Shown here: positions 30,919-40,322 of the stretch, piece after piece
Numbering within the stretch: position 1 is the stretch's first letter
Layout: each line of letters starts with the position of its first letter
Assembly: GCA_963848295.1 (NCBI GenBank)
Contig: CAWKDB010000002.1
Span: 1,312,001 to 1,376,000, forward strand
Length of the DNA stretch: 64,000 nt
Direction of reading: 5' to 3'
From: an uncultured delta proteobacterium
Lineage (GTDB): Bacteria > Myxococcota_A > Polyangia > Haliangiales > Haliangiaceae
The notes under the pieces: model-generated
The model's database searches: none
What the model was told of the DNA's origin: nothing
Seen by the model: the letters and a program-made list of their open reading frames with translations, nothing else
Translations under genes and position numbers: made by a program

Positions 30919-32099
30919 GCGCGCTGGTCGGGCGCCGCCCGACTCGCTTCGTTCGCGTGGCTCGTTGCGGGGTCGGCGCAGCGCTCGTGCTGGCCGCCGT
31001 CGCGCCGGCTCGCGCCGATGGCGACCTCGAGGCACGCACGGTCTATTACAAGGAGCGCTCGACCCGCGTCATCCAGCCGATGCTCGACGGCATGTTCGAC
31101 GCCGGCGCCCACGGCTTGGTCGTCGCGCACTTCCTCGTCGATGCGATCACGTCGGCGTCGGTCGGCTCGGGTGCGGCGAACGCGACGCCGTTCACCGAGA
31201 AGCGCTACGAAGCCGGCGCCGGCTACACGCGCGAGCTAGAGCCGCTGCGACTCAAGGCCGACGGCAAGTACTCGACCGAGCCCGACTACCAGTCGCTCTA
31301 CGGCGGGCTCGGCGCCGAGATCGATCTCAACGAGAAGAACACCGTCGTCGGCGTGACCGGCGGCTACAGCCGCGACGAGGTCGAGAGCACGAGCGCGCAG
31401 GGGCCGTACGTGCCGCCCTACCCGTGCCTCGCGGCCGGCGATCACTGCAACGTCCACACGACCTCCGGCTTCGCCTCGCTCAGCCAGATCGTCAGCCGCA
31501 ACATGGTCGTCGGCGCGAGCTACGACATCGCGAAGATCGACGGCTTCCAACAAAACGCGTACCGCCTCGTGCTGACGAGCACGACATTCGTGCCCGAGCG
31601 CCACCCCGACGATCGCACGCGCCAGAGCTTCGCGGTGTCGGCGCGTTACTATCTGCCGGCGTCGCAGACCACGTTCATCGCCGCGTACCGCTACTACCGC
31701 GACGACTGGCACATCCACGCGCACACCCCCGAGCTGCGGATCGTGCAAGAGGTCGGCCGGTTCGCCGACGCGACGTTCGGCTATCGCTATTACCGGCAGA
31801 ACGCGGCGTTCTTCTACGAGGAGCGCTATCCGAGCGCGATCGCGGCCGACAACAAGTATCCGACGTGTGGCGGTTTGACCAAGGACGGCACGCCGTGCTT
31901 CTCGGACGATCCGAAGATGTCGGCATTCGACGGCGACACCCTCACCGCGAAGCTCGGCGTCTACGGCCAAGAATTCAACCTCGGTGGCCTGTGGGCCGGC
32001 GCGCGGTTCGAGGGTATCCTCGAGTACATCGTTCAGCACAATCGGTTCGGCAACGCGGTGGTGGCCAATGTCGCGCTTACTCTTCCTTTCGATTATTAG
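30903..32099 (+). CDS. DUF3570 family outer-membrane beta-barrel-like protein
   Basis: MRLQL start overlapping DUF4266; VDAITSAS, STEPDY, ERHPDDR and YRYYRDDW..AHT motifs. Confidence 0.88.
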   Translation: MRLQLSALVGRRPTRFVRVARCGVGAALVLAAVAPARADGDLEARTVYYKERSTRVIQPMLDGMFDAGAHGLVVAHFLVDAITSASVGSGAANATPFTEKRYEAGAGYTRELEPLRLKADGKYSTEPDYQSLYGGLGAEIDLNEKNTVVGVTGGYSRDEVESTSAQGPYVPPYPCLAAGDHCNVHTTSGFASLSQIVSRNMVVGASYDIAKIDGFQQNAYRLVLTSTTFVPERHPDDRTRQSFAVSARYYLPASQTTFIAAYRYYRDDWHIHAHTPELRIVQEVGRFADATFGYRYYRQNAAFFYEERYPSAIAADNKYPTCGGLTKDGTPCFSDDPKMSAFDGDTLTAKLGVYGQEFNLGGLWAGARFEGILEYIVQHNRFGNAVVANVALTLPFDY

Positions 32100-32619
32100 C
32101 GTCGCGGCGGGCTGCAGTAGTCCGCACCCCAACGCCGATGCCCCGGCCGATGATTGCGGGCCCGGCTCGGCTCCGGCCGACGGGCTCACCGCGACCGGCA
32201 CCGGCTTCGCGTTCACGTACGAAGCGCTGATGGCGAGCGCGAACAACGACTGTCCCGATCCCGCCGCGCCGCAGGGCGTGGTGAGCTTGACGATCGAAGG
32301 CTCGACCGCGGACGGCACCGGGTTGTTCACGATCTGCGTCGAGCGGCCCGATCACCTCGGCCCGAGCGCCCTCGCACTCGGCACCGATGTTCAGGTCGTC
32401 GATGTCACCGGCAGCGCCGGGGGTTGCGACTACGGCATCGACCCGCTCGCGACGCCGACCGGCTCGGTCACCGCGACCGGGGTGTGCGCGAACGGCACCG
32501 ATCCGGCGGGCTTCGCCCTGACCGTCACCGGTTCGGTCGGGATGCGCCAGACCTGCGGCGCGACGGTGACGCCCGTCATCGGAGCGCTCGCGGGTACGAC
32601 CGCCGTGGGCGCGATGTAG
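32068..32619 (+). CDS. hypothetical Cys-containing lipoprotein
   Basis: MSRLLFLSIISVAAGC lipobox; overlaps the DUF3570 3' end. Confidence 0.7.
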   Translation: MSRLLFLSIISVAAGCSSPHPNADAPADDCGPGSAPADGLTATGTGFAFTYEALMASANNDCPDPAAPQGVVSLTIEGSTADGTGLFTICVERPDHLGPSALALGTDVQVVDVTGSAGGCDYGIDPLATPTGSVTATGVCANGTDPAGFALTVTGSVGMRQTCGATVTPVIGALAGTTAVGAM

Positions 32620-32681
32620 CGAGCTGTCGGCGCGCGCTGACCGATAGCAGTGGCCGACGTTTCGATGCGACAATCTCGGGC

Positions 32682-33533
32682 GTGGCGGTCGTCTACCTCG
32701 AATACCGCGGCGATCACGTCGAGCTCCCGCTCGGCGAGACGATCGTCGGTCGAGACATCGGCTGCTCGCTGAGGTTCAACGATCGAGCGGTCTCGCGCCG
32801 CCATCTCCGGTTCCTCCGCAAGGCCGACGTCGTGTTCGTCGAGGACCTCGGCAGCGCGAACGGCACCGCGGTCAACGGCGAGCGGATCACCGCGTCGACG
32901 CTGGTCCACGACGGCGACGAGATCGCGATCGGCGGACGGATCATGGTGTTGCGCGTCCAGGTCGCGCCGGTGCCCGAGCCGATCACGCTCAGCCTCGGCG
33001 ACGTCTCCGACGAGCGCGAGAGCGCGCCGCGGCGACCGGCGACGACCTCGCTATCGCCCGTCGCGGGGCACCAGCGCTGCCCGCGTTGCGGCGCCGCGGT
33101 GTCCGCCACCGACGATGCCTGCGCGACCTGCGAATACGAGTGGGGCGACTTCCGGCCGATGACGCCGACGCTGCAGGGCGCGAATCCCTTGAGCCGGCGC
33201 CGCCACGAGCGCGAGCCGGTCGAGCTCCACCTCGTCTACGTCAGCTCCGAGCTCGAGATCGAGGCGACGACGCGCGACCTCAGCATCAGCGGCGTGTTCG
33301 TGTGCTCGAAGATCCTCGATCCGATCGGCACGCCGTGCTTGCTGACTATCCTGATCGATGGCGGCCCGCCGCTGTCGTTGCGTGGCGTCGTCCGCCGGGT
33401 CGTGTCCCACGACAGCGACGAGCCCGAAGGCCTGGGTATCGAGTTCGTCGAGGTCAGCGCGAGCGATCAGACGTGGCTGCGCAACCAGCTCGGCCACGGC
33501 GACGCGACCGCGCCGTTCGAGACCACGCACTAA
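32682..33533 (+). CDS. FHA + zinc ribbon + PilZ protein
   Basis: VGRD..VSRRH..DLGSANGT; CPRCG..CATC; RRHER..DLSISG..GLGIEF. Confidence 0.85.
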   Translation: MAVVYLEYRGDHVELPLGETIVGRDIGCSLRFNDRAVSRRHLRFLRKADVVFVEDLGSANGTAVNGERITASTLVHDGDEIAIGGRIMVLRVQVAPVPEPITLSLGDVSDERESAPRRPATTSLSPVAGHQRCPRCGAAVSATDDACATCEYEWGDFRPMTPTLQGANPLSRRRHEREPVELHLVYVSSELEIEATTRDLSISGVFVCSKILDPIGTPCLLTILIDGGPPLSLRGVVRRVVSHDSDEPEGLGIEFVEVSASDQTWLRNQLGHGDATAPFETTH

Positions 33534-35143
33534 TACGACGCGCCGCGCGCCCAGCGAACGATCGGGCGCAGGGCGTCGCGAGCAGTCTCGCGCAGGAGCT
33601 CGGATTCGCCGACGACGCCGGCGACCGCCGGACCGAAGGTGTAGTAGGTCTCGATCGCGAGCTCGCCGAGCACGCTCGACTTGAGGAGCGAATCGCGCAT
33701 GTGCCGGAGCATGCCGACATCGTTCGCCATCACCGACCCGTAGGCGGCGGTCGCGATGAAGCACGCGTCGACCTCGCCGGCTTGGCGGTCGGCGGTCTTG
33801 ACCTCGAGCACCGCGAGCGGGCTCGTGTTGTGGCAGTCGTCATACGCTTGGACGCCGACGTAGTAGTCGGTCTCGGGCAGCAGGCCATCGATCTCGACGG
33901 TCTGGACTTGGCCCGACGGCGCGGGCGTCACCGCGGCAGCGATCGGCATCGCGTTCGCGAAGTTGTCGGGTGTGATCGGCGTGCCGACTTGGACGCGCAC
34001 GTCGTAGCCGGCGACCTGGCCGATCAGGCCATCGTCGCCTGGCGCGATGAACGACACGGTCGCGCTCTGGCTGGTCACGCCGACGCTCTGCATGCTGCCC
34101 GGCATCGCCGGCGCGATGTTGTCGGTCTGCGGGATGATGTCGACCGCGATCCGGCCGTTGCCCGATGGCAGCAGCTGGAGCCGCGACGCGCCCGAGCCCG
34201 GCGTGTCGCTCGTGATCGTGTCGTCCGGTGGCCGGACAACGCCATCCGCGCCGGTCGGATCGCCGTACCCGAAGTAGTCGGTCGCGCTCGCGGTCGTCTC
34301 GGTCGCGCCCATCGTCACCGGGATGCGATAGACGATCGATGGCTGGCCGCGATAGGCCTCGCCGTAGTTGCCGTACGCGACCTGCGGCGACGGATAGACC
34401 GTCGAGTTATAGATGCCGTTGAAATCGAACGCGCGCGACACCTCGACCCACAGGACGTAGTCGCCGGCCGGGATCGTCGACGGCTTGGTCCACGAGATCG
34501 CCGCGGTCGCGCCGCCCGGGGGCGTCGCTTGCGACACCGCGTCGAACGGATCGAGCGAGGCGTACATGCTGACCGATGGCGAGTCCATGCCGCCACCGGG
34601 CTGGAGATCCGCGCGCGGCGGATACAGCGAGGTCTGGGTCGACGACAGCTCGCCCTTGTCGGTGTACGAGTAGACCGAGGCGCACGTGCCGGTATCCCAC
34701 TGCGGCTCGGAGTCGAGCATCGGCCGGCAATACGGCGGATCGGCTTCGATCGAGCTCTGGGCGAACGAGTGCGACAGGTCGCTGTCGGCGCCGTCCTGGA
34801 AGTTGACCTGCGGGAACGTCATGCCGTGGCGGTGCGCCCAGACCGGGAACACCGTGATCCGCCGGCCGTACGGCCACAGATCATGGCCGGCCGGTCCGCT
34901 GTTGAAGTCCATCCGGCCCGGTCGATTGCCGAGCCCGTAGTGGCCGGTCTTCTGCGTGATGTAGATCGTATCGACGTAGTTGCCGCTCGTGTCCTCGAGC
35001 CACGCCACCATCTGCAGCTGATCGGTCGACGGCACGAAATCGACGCCGACCGTCGTGCACGAGTTGTCGGCGTGGGCGGCGAGAGGCAGCGCGAACGCGC
35101 CGGCGGTGACGAGAGCGGCCAGAGACGGCATGCGACGCGGCAT
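33530..35143 (-). CDS. secreted DUF2271-like/FN3 protein with CFI-box-CTERM (paralog 2)
   Basis: Signal peptide; QMVAWLED..GNYVDTIYIT; DAVSQAT; FN3 (APGDDG..YDVR..GLLPETDYYV); CFIATAAYGS tail. Confidence 0.8.
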   Translation of the reverse strand: MPRRMPSLAALVTAGAFALPLAAHADNSCTTVGVDFVPSTDQLQMVAWLEDTSGNYVDTIYITQKTGHYGLGNRPGRMDFNSGPAGHDLWPYGRRITVFPVWAHRHGMTFPQVNFQDGADSDLSHSFAQSSIEADPPYCRPMLDSEPQWDTGTCASVYSYTDKGELSSTQTSLYPPRADLQPGGGMDSPSVSMYASLDPFDAVSQATPPGGATAAISWTKPSTIPAGDYVLWVEVSRAFDFNGIYNSTVYPSPQVAYGNYGEAYRGQPSIVYRIPVTMGATETTASATDYFGYGDPTGADGVVRPPDDTITSDTPGSGASRLQLLPSGNGRIAVDIIPQTDNIAPAMPGSMQSVGVTSQSATVSFIAPGDDGLIGQVAGYDVRVQVGTPITPDNFANAMPIAAAVTPAPSGQVQTVEIDGLLPETDYYVGVQAYDDCHNTSPLAVLEVKTADRQAGEVDACFIATAAYGSVMANDVGMLRHMRDSLLKSSVLGELAIETYYTFGPAVAGVVGESELLRETARDALRPIVRWARGASY

Positions 35144-36768
35144 CAGCGAACCTCTCCTTGTACGAACCGGACGAGCGGAGAGATCGCCGCGCGAGCGGTC
35201 GCGCGCAGCAGGTCGGACTGGCCGATGAACCCGGCGACCGGCGGGCTGAACGTGTAGTAGGTCTCGACCGCGAGCTCGCCGAGCACGCTCGACTTCAGCA
35301 CCGAGTCGCGGACGCGGCGGAGCAGCTCGACCTGATTCGCCATCGGCGAGCCATACGCGGCGGTCGCGATGAAGCAGGCGTCGACCTGGCCGGGCTGGAG
35401 CGCGGTCGTCGTCAGCTCGACGATCTGGAGCTCGCTCTCGTTGTGGCAGTCGTCGTACGCGCGGACGCCGACCCAGTAGTTGGTCTCCGGCAACAGCCCA
35501 TCGATCTCGACGCTCTGGGTCGAGCCGGACGGACCGGGCGCGACCGTCGCGGCGATCGGCATCGAGTCGTCGAAGTTATCGGCGGTCATCGGATCGTTCG
35601 CGCGCACGTGGATATCGTAACCCGACACCATGCCGACCAAGCCGTCATCGCCTGGCGCGGTGAATTGCACGGTCACGCTCTCGGCCCCGACCGTCGTCGC
35701 GACCAGGCTCGCCGGTTGCGCCGGCGGCGTGCAGTCGAGCTCCGGCTTGACGTCGACGCGCACGCGGTACATCGCGGTGCCGTCGGCGGTGATCGCGATC
35801 CGCGACGCGCCGGAGCCCGGGGTGTCGGTCGTGATCGTCGCGTCCGGCGGCCGGACCGCGCCGTCCCCGCCGGTCGGATCGCTGTAGCCGAAGTAGTCGA
35901 GGGCATCGGCCACCGTCTCGGACGCGCCGAACGTGAACGGCACGCGATAGACGACCGACGGCTGGCCGCGGTACGGCTCGCCGTACATCCCGTACGGCAC
36001 CATCGGCGGCGGGAACACCGTCGCGTTGTAGCTCGCGTTGAAGTCGAAGCCGCGCGACACCTCGACCCACATCACGTAGTCGCCGGCCGCGAGCGTCGAC
36101 GGAATCGGCCAGTCGATCGTCGCGAGCGCGCCGGCGGGCGGCGTCGCCTGCGAGATCGCGTCCCACGGGTTCAGCGCCTTGTACATCGCGACCGACGCCG
36201 AGTCGGTGCCGGCCTGCTGCGTGACGTCGGCGCGCGGTGGATAGAGCGAGGTCGCGGTCGCCGAGAACACACCCTTGTCGGTCCCGACGTGCGTCGCGCA
36301 CGTGCCCGCGTCCCAACGCGGGTCGGTGTCCTGGAGCGGCTGGCAGTACGGCGGATCGACCTCGGTCGAGCTCTGATTCAACGGGTGGCTGAGCGCGTTT
36401 TCGTCGCCGTCCTGGAAGTCGACCTCGGGGAACGTCATGCCGTGGCGGTGCGCCCACACCGGGAACGTCGTGATCCGCCGGCCGTACGGCCACATGTCGT
36501 TCACGACCGGGCCGCTGTTGAAGTCGAACCGGCCGGGGCGATTGCCCATCCCGTACAAGCCGATCTTGTGGGTGACGTAGATCGTGTCGATGTAGTTGCC
36601 GGCGGGGTCTTCGACCCAGGCGACGATCTGGAGATCGCTGGTCGCCGGGTTGAAGTCGACGCCGACCACGTTGCACGTCGTGTTGCACGCAGGGTCGGCC
36701 TGGCCGACCGCCGGCGCGGCGCAGACCGCACCGAGTGCGATCAGCGTGAACCCGCGCGCCAAGGCCAT
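35143..36768 (-). CDS. secreted DUF2271-like/FN3 protein with CFI-box-CTERM (paralog 1)
   Basis: Colinear paralog of the adjacent gene; DAISQAT; CFIATAAYGS tail. Confidence 0.8.
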   Translation of the reverse strand: MALARGFTLIALGAVCAAPAVGQADPACNTTCNVVGVDFNPATSDLQIVAWVEDPAGNYIDTIYVTHKIGLYGMGNRPGRFDFNSGPVVNDMWPYGRRITTFPVWAHRHGMTFPEVDFQDGDENALSHPLNQSSTEVDPPYCQPLQDTDPRWDAGTCATHVGTDKGVFSATATSLYPPRADVTQQAGTDSASVAMYKALNPWDAISQATPPAGALATIDWPIPSTLAAGDYVMWVEVSRGFDFNASYNATVFPPPMVPYGMYGEPYRGQPSVVYRVPFTFGASETVADALDYFGYSDPTGGDGAVRPPDATITTDTPGSGASRIAITADGTAMYRVRVDVKPELDCTPPAQPASLVATTVGAESVTVQFTAPGDDGLVGMVSGYDIHVRANDPMTADNFDDSMPIAATVAPGPSGSTQSVEIDGLLPETNYWVGVRAYDDCHNESELQIVELTTTALQPGQVDACFIATAAYGSPMANQVELLRRVRDSVLKSSVLGELAVETYYTFSPPVAGFIGQSDLLRATARAAISPLVRFVQGEVR

Positions 36769-36857
36769 CGAGCGCAGTATTGCCCGGCGGCGTGCGTCCG
36801 CAAAGCACGAACGAGGCCGTGATGGCCAATGTCACACCAGCGGCATAGCGTCCCCGC

Positions 36858-37625
36858 GTGGCCCGGACGCCGAGCGCCGAATACCTCGTCCTCGATATCG
36901 AGACGATCCCCGACGTCGAGCGCTGGGCGCGTCCCGAGTTGCCCCACGGCGAGGCGCCGTTTCCACCGACGTGGGCTCACCGCATCGTCGTGATCGGCTG
37001 TCTGTGGCTCGATCACGGCTATCGGCTCAAGCGGCTCGGCGTGATCGGCGACCCCGACACCGCCGGACCCGACGCCTCCGCCGACGAGCGCGAGCGCATG
37101 TTGCTCGAGGATTTCTCGCGGTTCGTCGGCCGCGCCCGGCCGGTGCTCGTGACGTACAACGGCCGCAGCTTCGACTTGCCGGTGATCGCGTTGCGCGCGC
37201 TGTGTCACGGCGTCTCGCTCGGTTGGTACTACCGCGAGCGCAACGTTCGCTCTCGCTACAGCGAGGAGGGCCACCTCGATCTGTGCGATTGGCTCGCCGA
37301 CCACGGCGCGACGCGATCGGGCAGCCTCGACGCGGTCGCGCGCTTGATCGGCTTGCCCGGCAAGGTCGGCGTCGACGGCTCGCAGGTCGAAGGCCTGTAC
37401 CGCGCCGGTCAGCTCGCCGCGATCCAGCGCTATTGCCTCGCCGATGTCGTGCAGACCGCGTTGCTGTTCCTGCGGTTCCGCCTGCTGCAAGGCGTGCTGC
37501 GCGCCGACGCGTATCACGAGGCGACCGCGAGCTTGCTCGACGCGCTCGCCGGCGACGGCCGCGTTGGCGAGGTGCTCTCCGGCATCGATCGCGTACACTT
37601 GCTCGGGCCATCCGCGGGACCGTGA
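36858..37625 (+). CDS. PolB-like 3'-5' exonuclease (DEDD)
   Basis: [35 protein letters not shown]. Confidence 0.88.
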   Translation: MARTPSAEYLVLDIETIPDVERWARPELPHGEAPFPPTWAHRIVVIGCLWLDHGYRLKRLGVIGDPDTAGPDASADERERMLLEDFSRFVGRARPVLVTYNGRSFDLPVIALRALCHGVSLGWYYRERNVRSRYSEEGHLDLCDWLADHGATRSGSLDAVARLIGLPGKVGVDGSQVEGLYRAGQLAAIQRYCLADVVQTALLFLRFRLLQGVLRADAYHEATASLLDALAGDGRVGEVLSGIDRVHLLGPSAGP

Positions 37626-38239
37626 CGACGACCGATCCAACCGCGGCGCGAGTCGCGCCGACCATCGCCGAGCTCGCCGCGGAGCGGTTGCCGCAGACGT
37701 TCTTCGCACGACCGGCCGCGACCGTCGCGCGCGCGTTGATCGGCTGCGCGCTCGTCCATCGCCAGCGCGCCGGCATGATCGTCGAGACCGAGGCGTACGT
37801 CGGCGAGCACGACGCCGCCTGCCATGCCCGCAGCGGCGTGACCGCGCGCAACGCCGTGCTGTTCGGCCTCGGCGGCGTGAGCTACGTCTACTTGATCTAC
37901 GGCATCCACGACATGTTCAACATCGTCACCGGCGTCGAGGGCAGCGGCGAGGCCGTGCTGATCCGCGCGATCGCGCCGCTCGTCGGGCTGCGCGATGACA
38001 TCGCGATCGGCCGCGGCCCGGGCAACGTCACGAAGGCGCTCGCGCTGGGTCGCCGGCACGATCGCCGAGACCTGGCGCGCGGGGCGCTGTTCGTCGCTCG
38101 CTATCGCACGCCGCCGCGCGGTGCGATCGCCCGCGGCCCGCGCATCGGTGTCGACTATGCCGGCGCGTGGGCCGCGAAGCCGCTCCGGTTCTGGTGGCGC
38201 GGCGAGCCCTCGGTCTCGCGCTCGGCGGGTCGACGATAG
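37622..38239 (+). CDS. DNA-3-methyladenine glycosylase (MPG/AAG family)
   Basis: IVETEAY, YVYLIYG, AVLIRAI, GPGNV, RIGVDY. Confidence 0.92.
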   Translation: MTTTDPTAARVAPTIAELAAERLPQTFFARPAATVARALIGCALVHRQRAGMIVETEAYVGEHDAACHARSGVTARNAVLFGLGGVSYVYLIYGIHDMFNIVTGVEGSGEAVLIRAIAPLVGLRDDIAIGRGPGNVTKALALGRRHDRRDLARGALFVARYRTPPRGAIARGPRIGVDYAGAWAAKPLRFWWRGEPSVSRSAGRR

Positions 38240-38253
38240 CGACACCGTCGCCG

Positions 38254-39066
38254 CTACGCGGGCACGACGGCGACCCGGCGCAGGCGCTGGCGAAACAGCT
38301 CGACGCCGAGCTTCTTGCGGTCGAGGCTCTTGGCCGGCCGATAGTGAAAGTGCGGCGCATCGCGCACGGTGACGAGCGTGTCGACGTGCGGCACGCCGAG
38401 CTCGTCGAGCCACGTGCCGACCTCGTGCTCGAGCGCGCCGCCTTCGGCGAGCCACGCCACCGTCTTATGCTCGGTCAAGCGCAGCGTCGCCCGGTGCGCG
38501 CGCACGTAGATGCTGAGCTCGAGGTGGCCGTTGCCGATCAGCTCTTCGTCGTGATCGTCGAGGAACCGCAACGCCTTCTTCGCGTTGATCCGCGAGGTCA
38601 ACCAGACGTCGGACGCGGCGGCGTCGTCGAAGTGGCTCATCACGCGGACCTCGAGGTTGTCGGCGGTGGGCAGCCGTTCGATGAGGCCGAGGAACACGTC
38701 GGTCACGTGCTCGGCATCGGGCTGCGCTTCGATCACGAGCAGCTCCGAGTCCGGACGCACGAGCCAGCCGGTGTGCGCATCGGCGACCGCGGCGCTGCGA
38801 CCGAGCGCGGGCAGCACGCCGGTGGGCCACGCGAACGGCGCGACCGGGGCCGCGTCGCCGAGCATGACGACGTGGTGCTTGCCGACCGACTCACCGAGCG
38901 GAATCTCGTCGGCGTTCGCGTGCTCCGCCGCGACCGGCCAGCTGCCCGGGACCTGGCTGCGCGCCGCCGCGATCGCGGTGCCCATGTGCTCGCCCGACGC
39001 CGCGACGAGCAACGCCGGACCCTCGGGACGCGCGAGCGCGACGCGGTACCAGCTCGCGCCGATCAT
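38254..39066 (-). CDS. hypothetical protein
   Basis: Protein-like ORF coupled (ATGA overlap) to the upstream lipoprotein gene. Confidence 0.65.
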   Translation of the reverse strand: MIGASWYRVALARPEGPALLVAASGEHMGTAIAAARSQVPGSWPVAAEHANADEIPLGESVGKHHVVMLGDAAPVAPFAWPTGVLPALGRSAAVADAHTGWLVRPDSELLVIEAQPDAEHVTDVFLGLIERLPTADNLEVRVMSHFDDAAASDVWLTSRINAKKALRFLDDHDEELIGNGHLELSIYVRAHRATLRLTEHKTVAWLAEGGALEHEVGTWLDELGVPHVDTLVTVRDAPHFHYRPAKSLDRKKLGVELFRQRLRRVAVVPA

Positions 39067-40322
39067 CCGCCGACCACCGAGCTCGGGAATTGCAGCACGA
39101 CGATCGTGACCTTACCCGCGATCAGGCCGCCGATCGCGGTCGCGGTCTGCGGCACGCCGCCCATCGAGGTCACCGAGAACGTCGTGCCGAACGGCGCGTC
39201 CTGCGAGACGAAGATGCCGTTGCTCGTCGTCCCCGGCAGGCTCGTAAAGCCGGTGCGGTCGACCGAGAGGTACTCGAGCGGCGTCGGCGCGGGCGGGTCT
39301 GTCGCGACCTGGTAGCCCACGAGCGGGCCGCCGACATTGTCGAGCACGATGCCGACGACCATGCCGGCATCGGGAAACTCGGACAGCCCGCTCGCGACCA
39401 GCAGCTGATCGAGCGTGCCGCGCGCCAACCGCTCGCCGAGAATATCGATCGAGGAATCGGTCGGCGACGCCGCTCGGCAGCTGACCGCGCCGGTGGTCTG
39501 CGCGCCGTCCTCGAGCACCTCGATGCACGCGGTGTGCTGAAACATGATGCCGACCTGCTTCGACCAGGTGGGCACGGTCGGATCCGACCCGTGATCGAGC
39601 ACGGCTTGATCCGCCGGGTCGAGCGTGAACTCGGTCGCGGTGCCGACCAGCGTCGGCTGCGGTTCGCCGACCGACACGTTCAAGAGATTCGCCACCGATT
39701 CGACGACCGGCAAACGGCTGTCGTAGTCGTAGACCGTCGACGTCACCTCCACGTCCGCGGTGCCGCACGCCTCGAGCTGCGCGAGGTTCGTGCAGCCGAG
39801 GTCGACCACGGTCTCGGTGTCGCCCGGGTGATAGAACGCGACGCCGCCGATCGCGGGCTCGAGGCACTGCGCGGGATCGGGGTCGCTGCACGGGTTGATC
39901 GCTTCGATCGGCAGGCCGTCGGCGCCGAACGTGCTGCGCGACGGGCAGATCAACAAGTTCGTGTTCGGGTCGGTCTCGATCTCGGACGCGGGATAGACCG
40001 CCATCTCGACCTCGAGGGTCTGGAGCGGAATTCTTTGCATCGGCTCCGGCAGATCGATCTCGGCGATCGAGCACAGGTCGCGACGACCGGTGAGCGCCTT
40101 GCACGCCGCGACGTACGGCGCGGTCGGTTGGTCGGGATCGAAGATCCGGATGCTGACGACCGCGTCGCACGGGATCGCGACATCCGCGCACGTCTGCGCG
40201 GGCTCGCCGGTGCTCGAGAAGCACACCTGCGAATCGCCGGGGGTGAGCGCGAACTTCAGCGTCATCGGCGGATCGCTGCACGCCGCGAGCGCGATCGCCG
40301 CGTAGAGCACCGCCGCTCTCAT
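39063..40322 (-). CDS. hypothetical Cys-rich lipoprotein
   Basis: MRAAVLYAAIALAAC lipobox; ATGA coupling to the upstream gene. Confidence 0.72.
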   Translation of the reverse strand: MRAAVLYAAIALAACSDPPMTLKFALTPGDSQVCFSSTGEPAQTCADVAIPCDAVVSIRIFDPDQPTAPYVAACKALTGRRDLCSIAEIDLPEPMQRIPLQTLEVEMAVYPASEIETDPNTNLLICPSRSTFGADGLPIEAINPCSDPDPAQCLEPAIGGVAFYHPGDTETVVDLGCTNLAQLEACGTADVEVTSTVYDYDSRLPVVESVANLLNVSVGEPQPTLVGTATEFTLDPADQAVLDHGSDPTVPTWSKQVGIMFQHTACIEVLEDGAQTTGAVSCRAASPTDSSIDILGERLARGTLDQLLVASGLSEFPDAGMVVGIVLDNVGGPLVGYQVATDPPAPTPLEYLSVDRTGFTSLPGTTSNGIFVSQDAPFGTTFSVTSMGGVPQTATAIGGLIAGKVTIVVLQFPSSVVGG

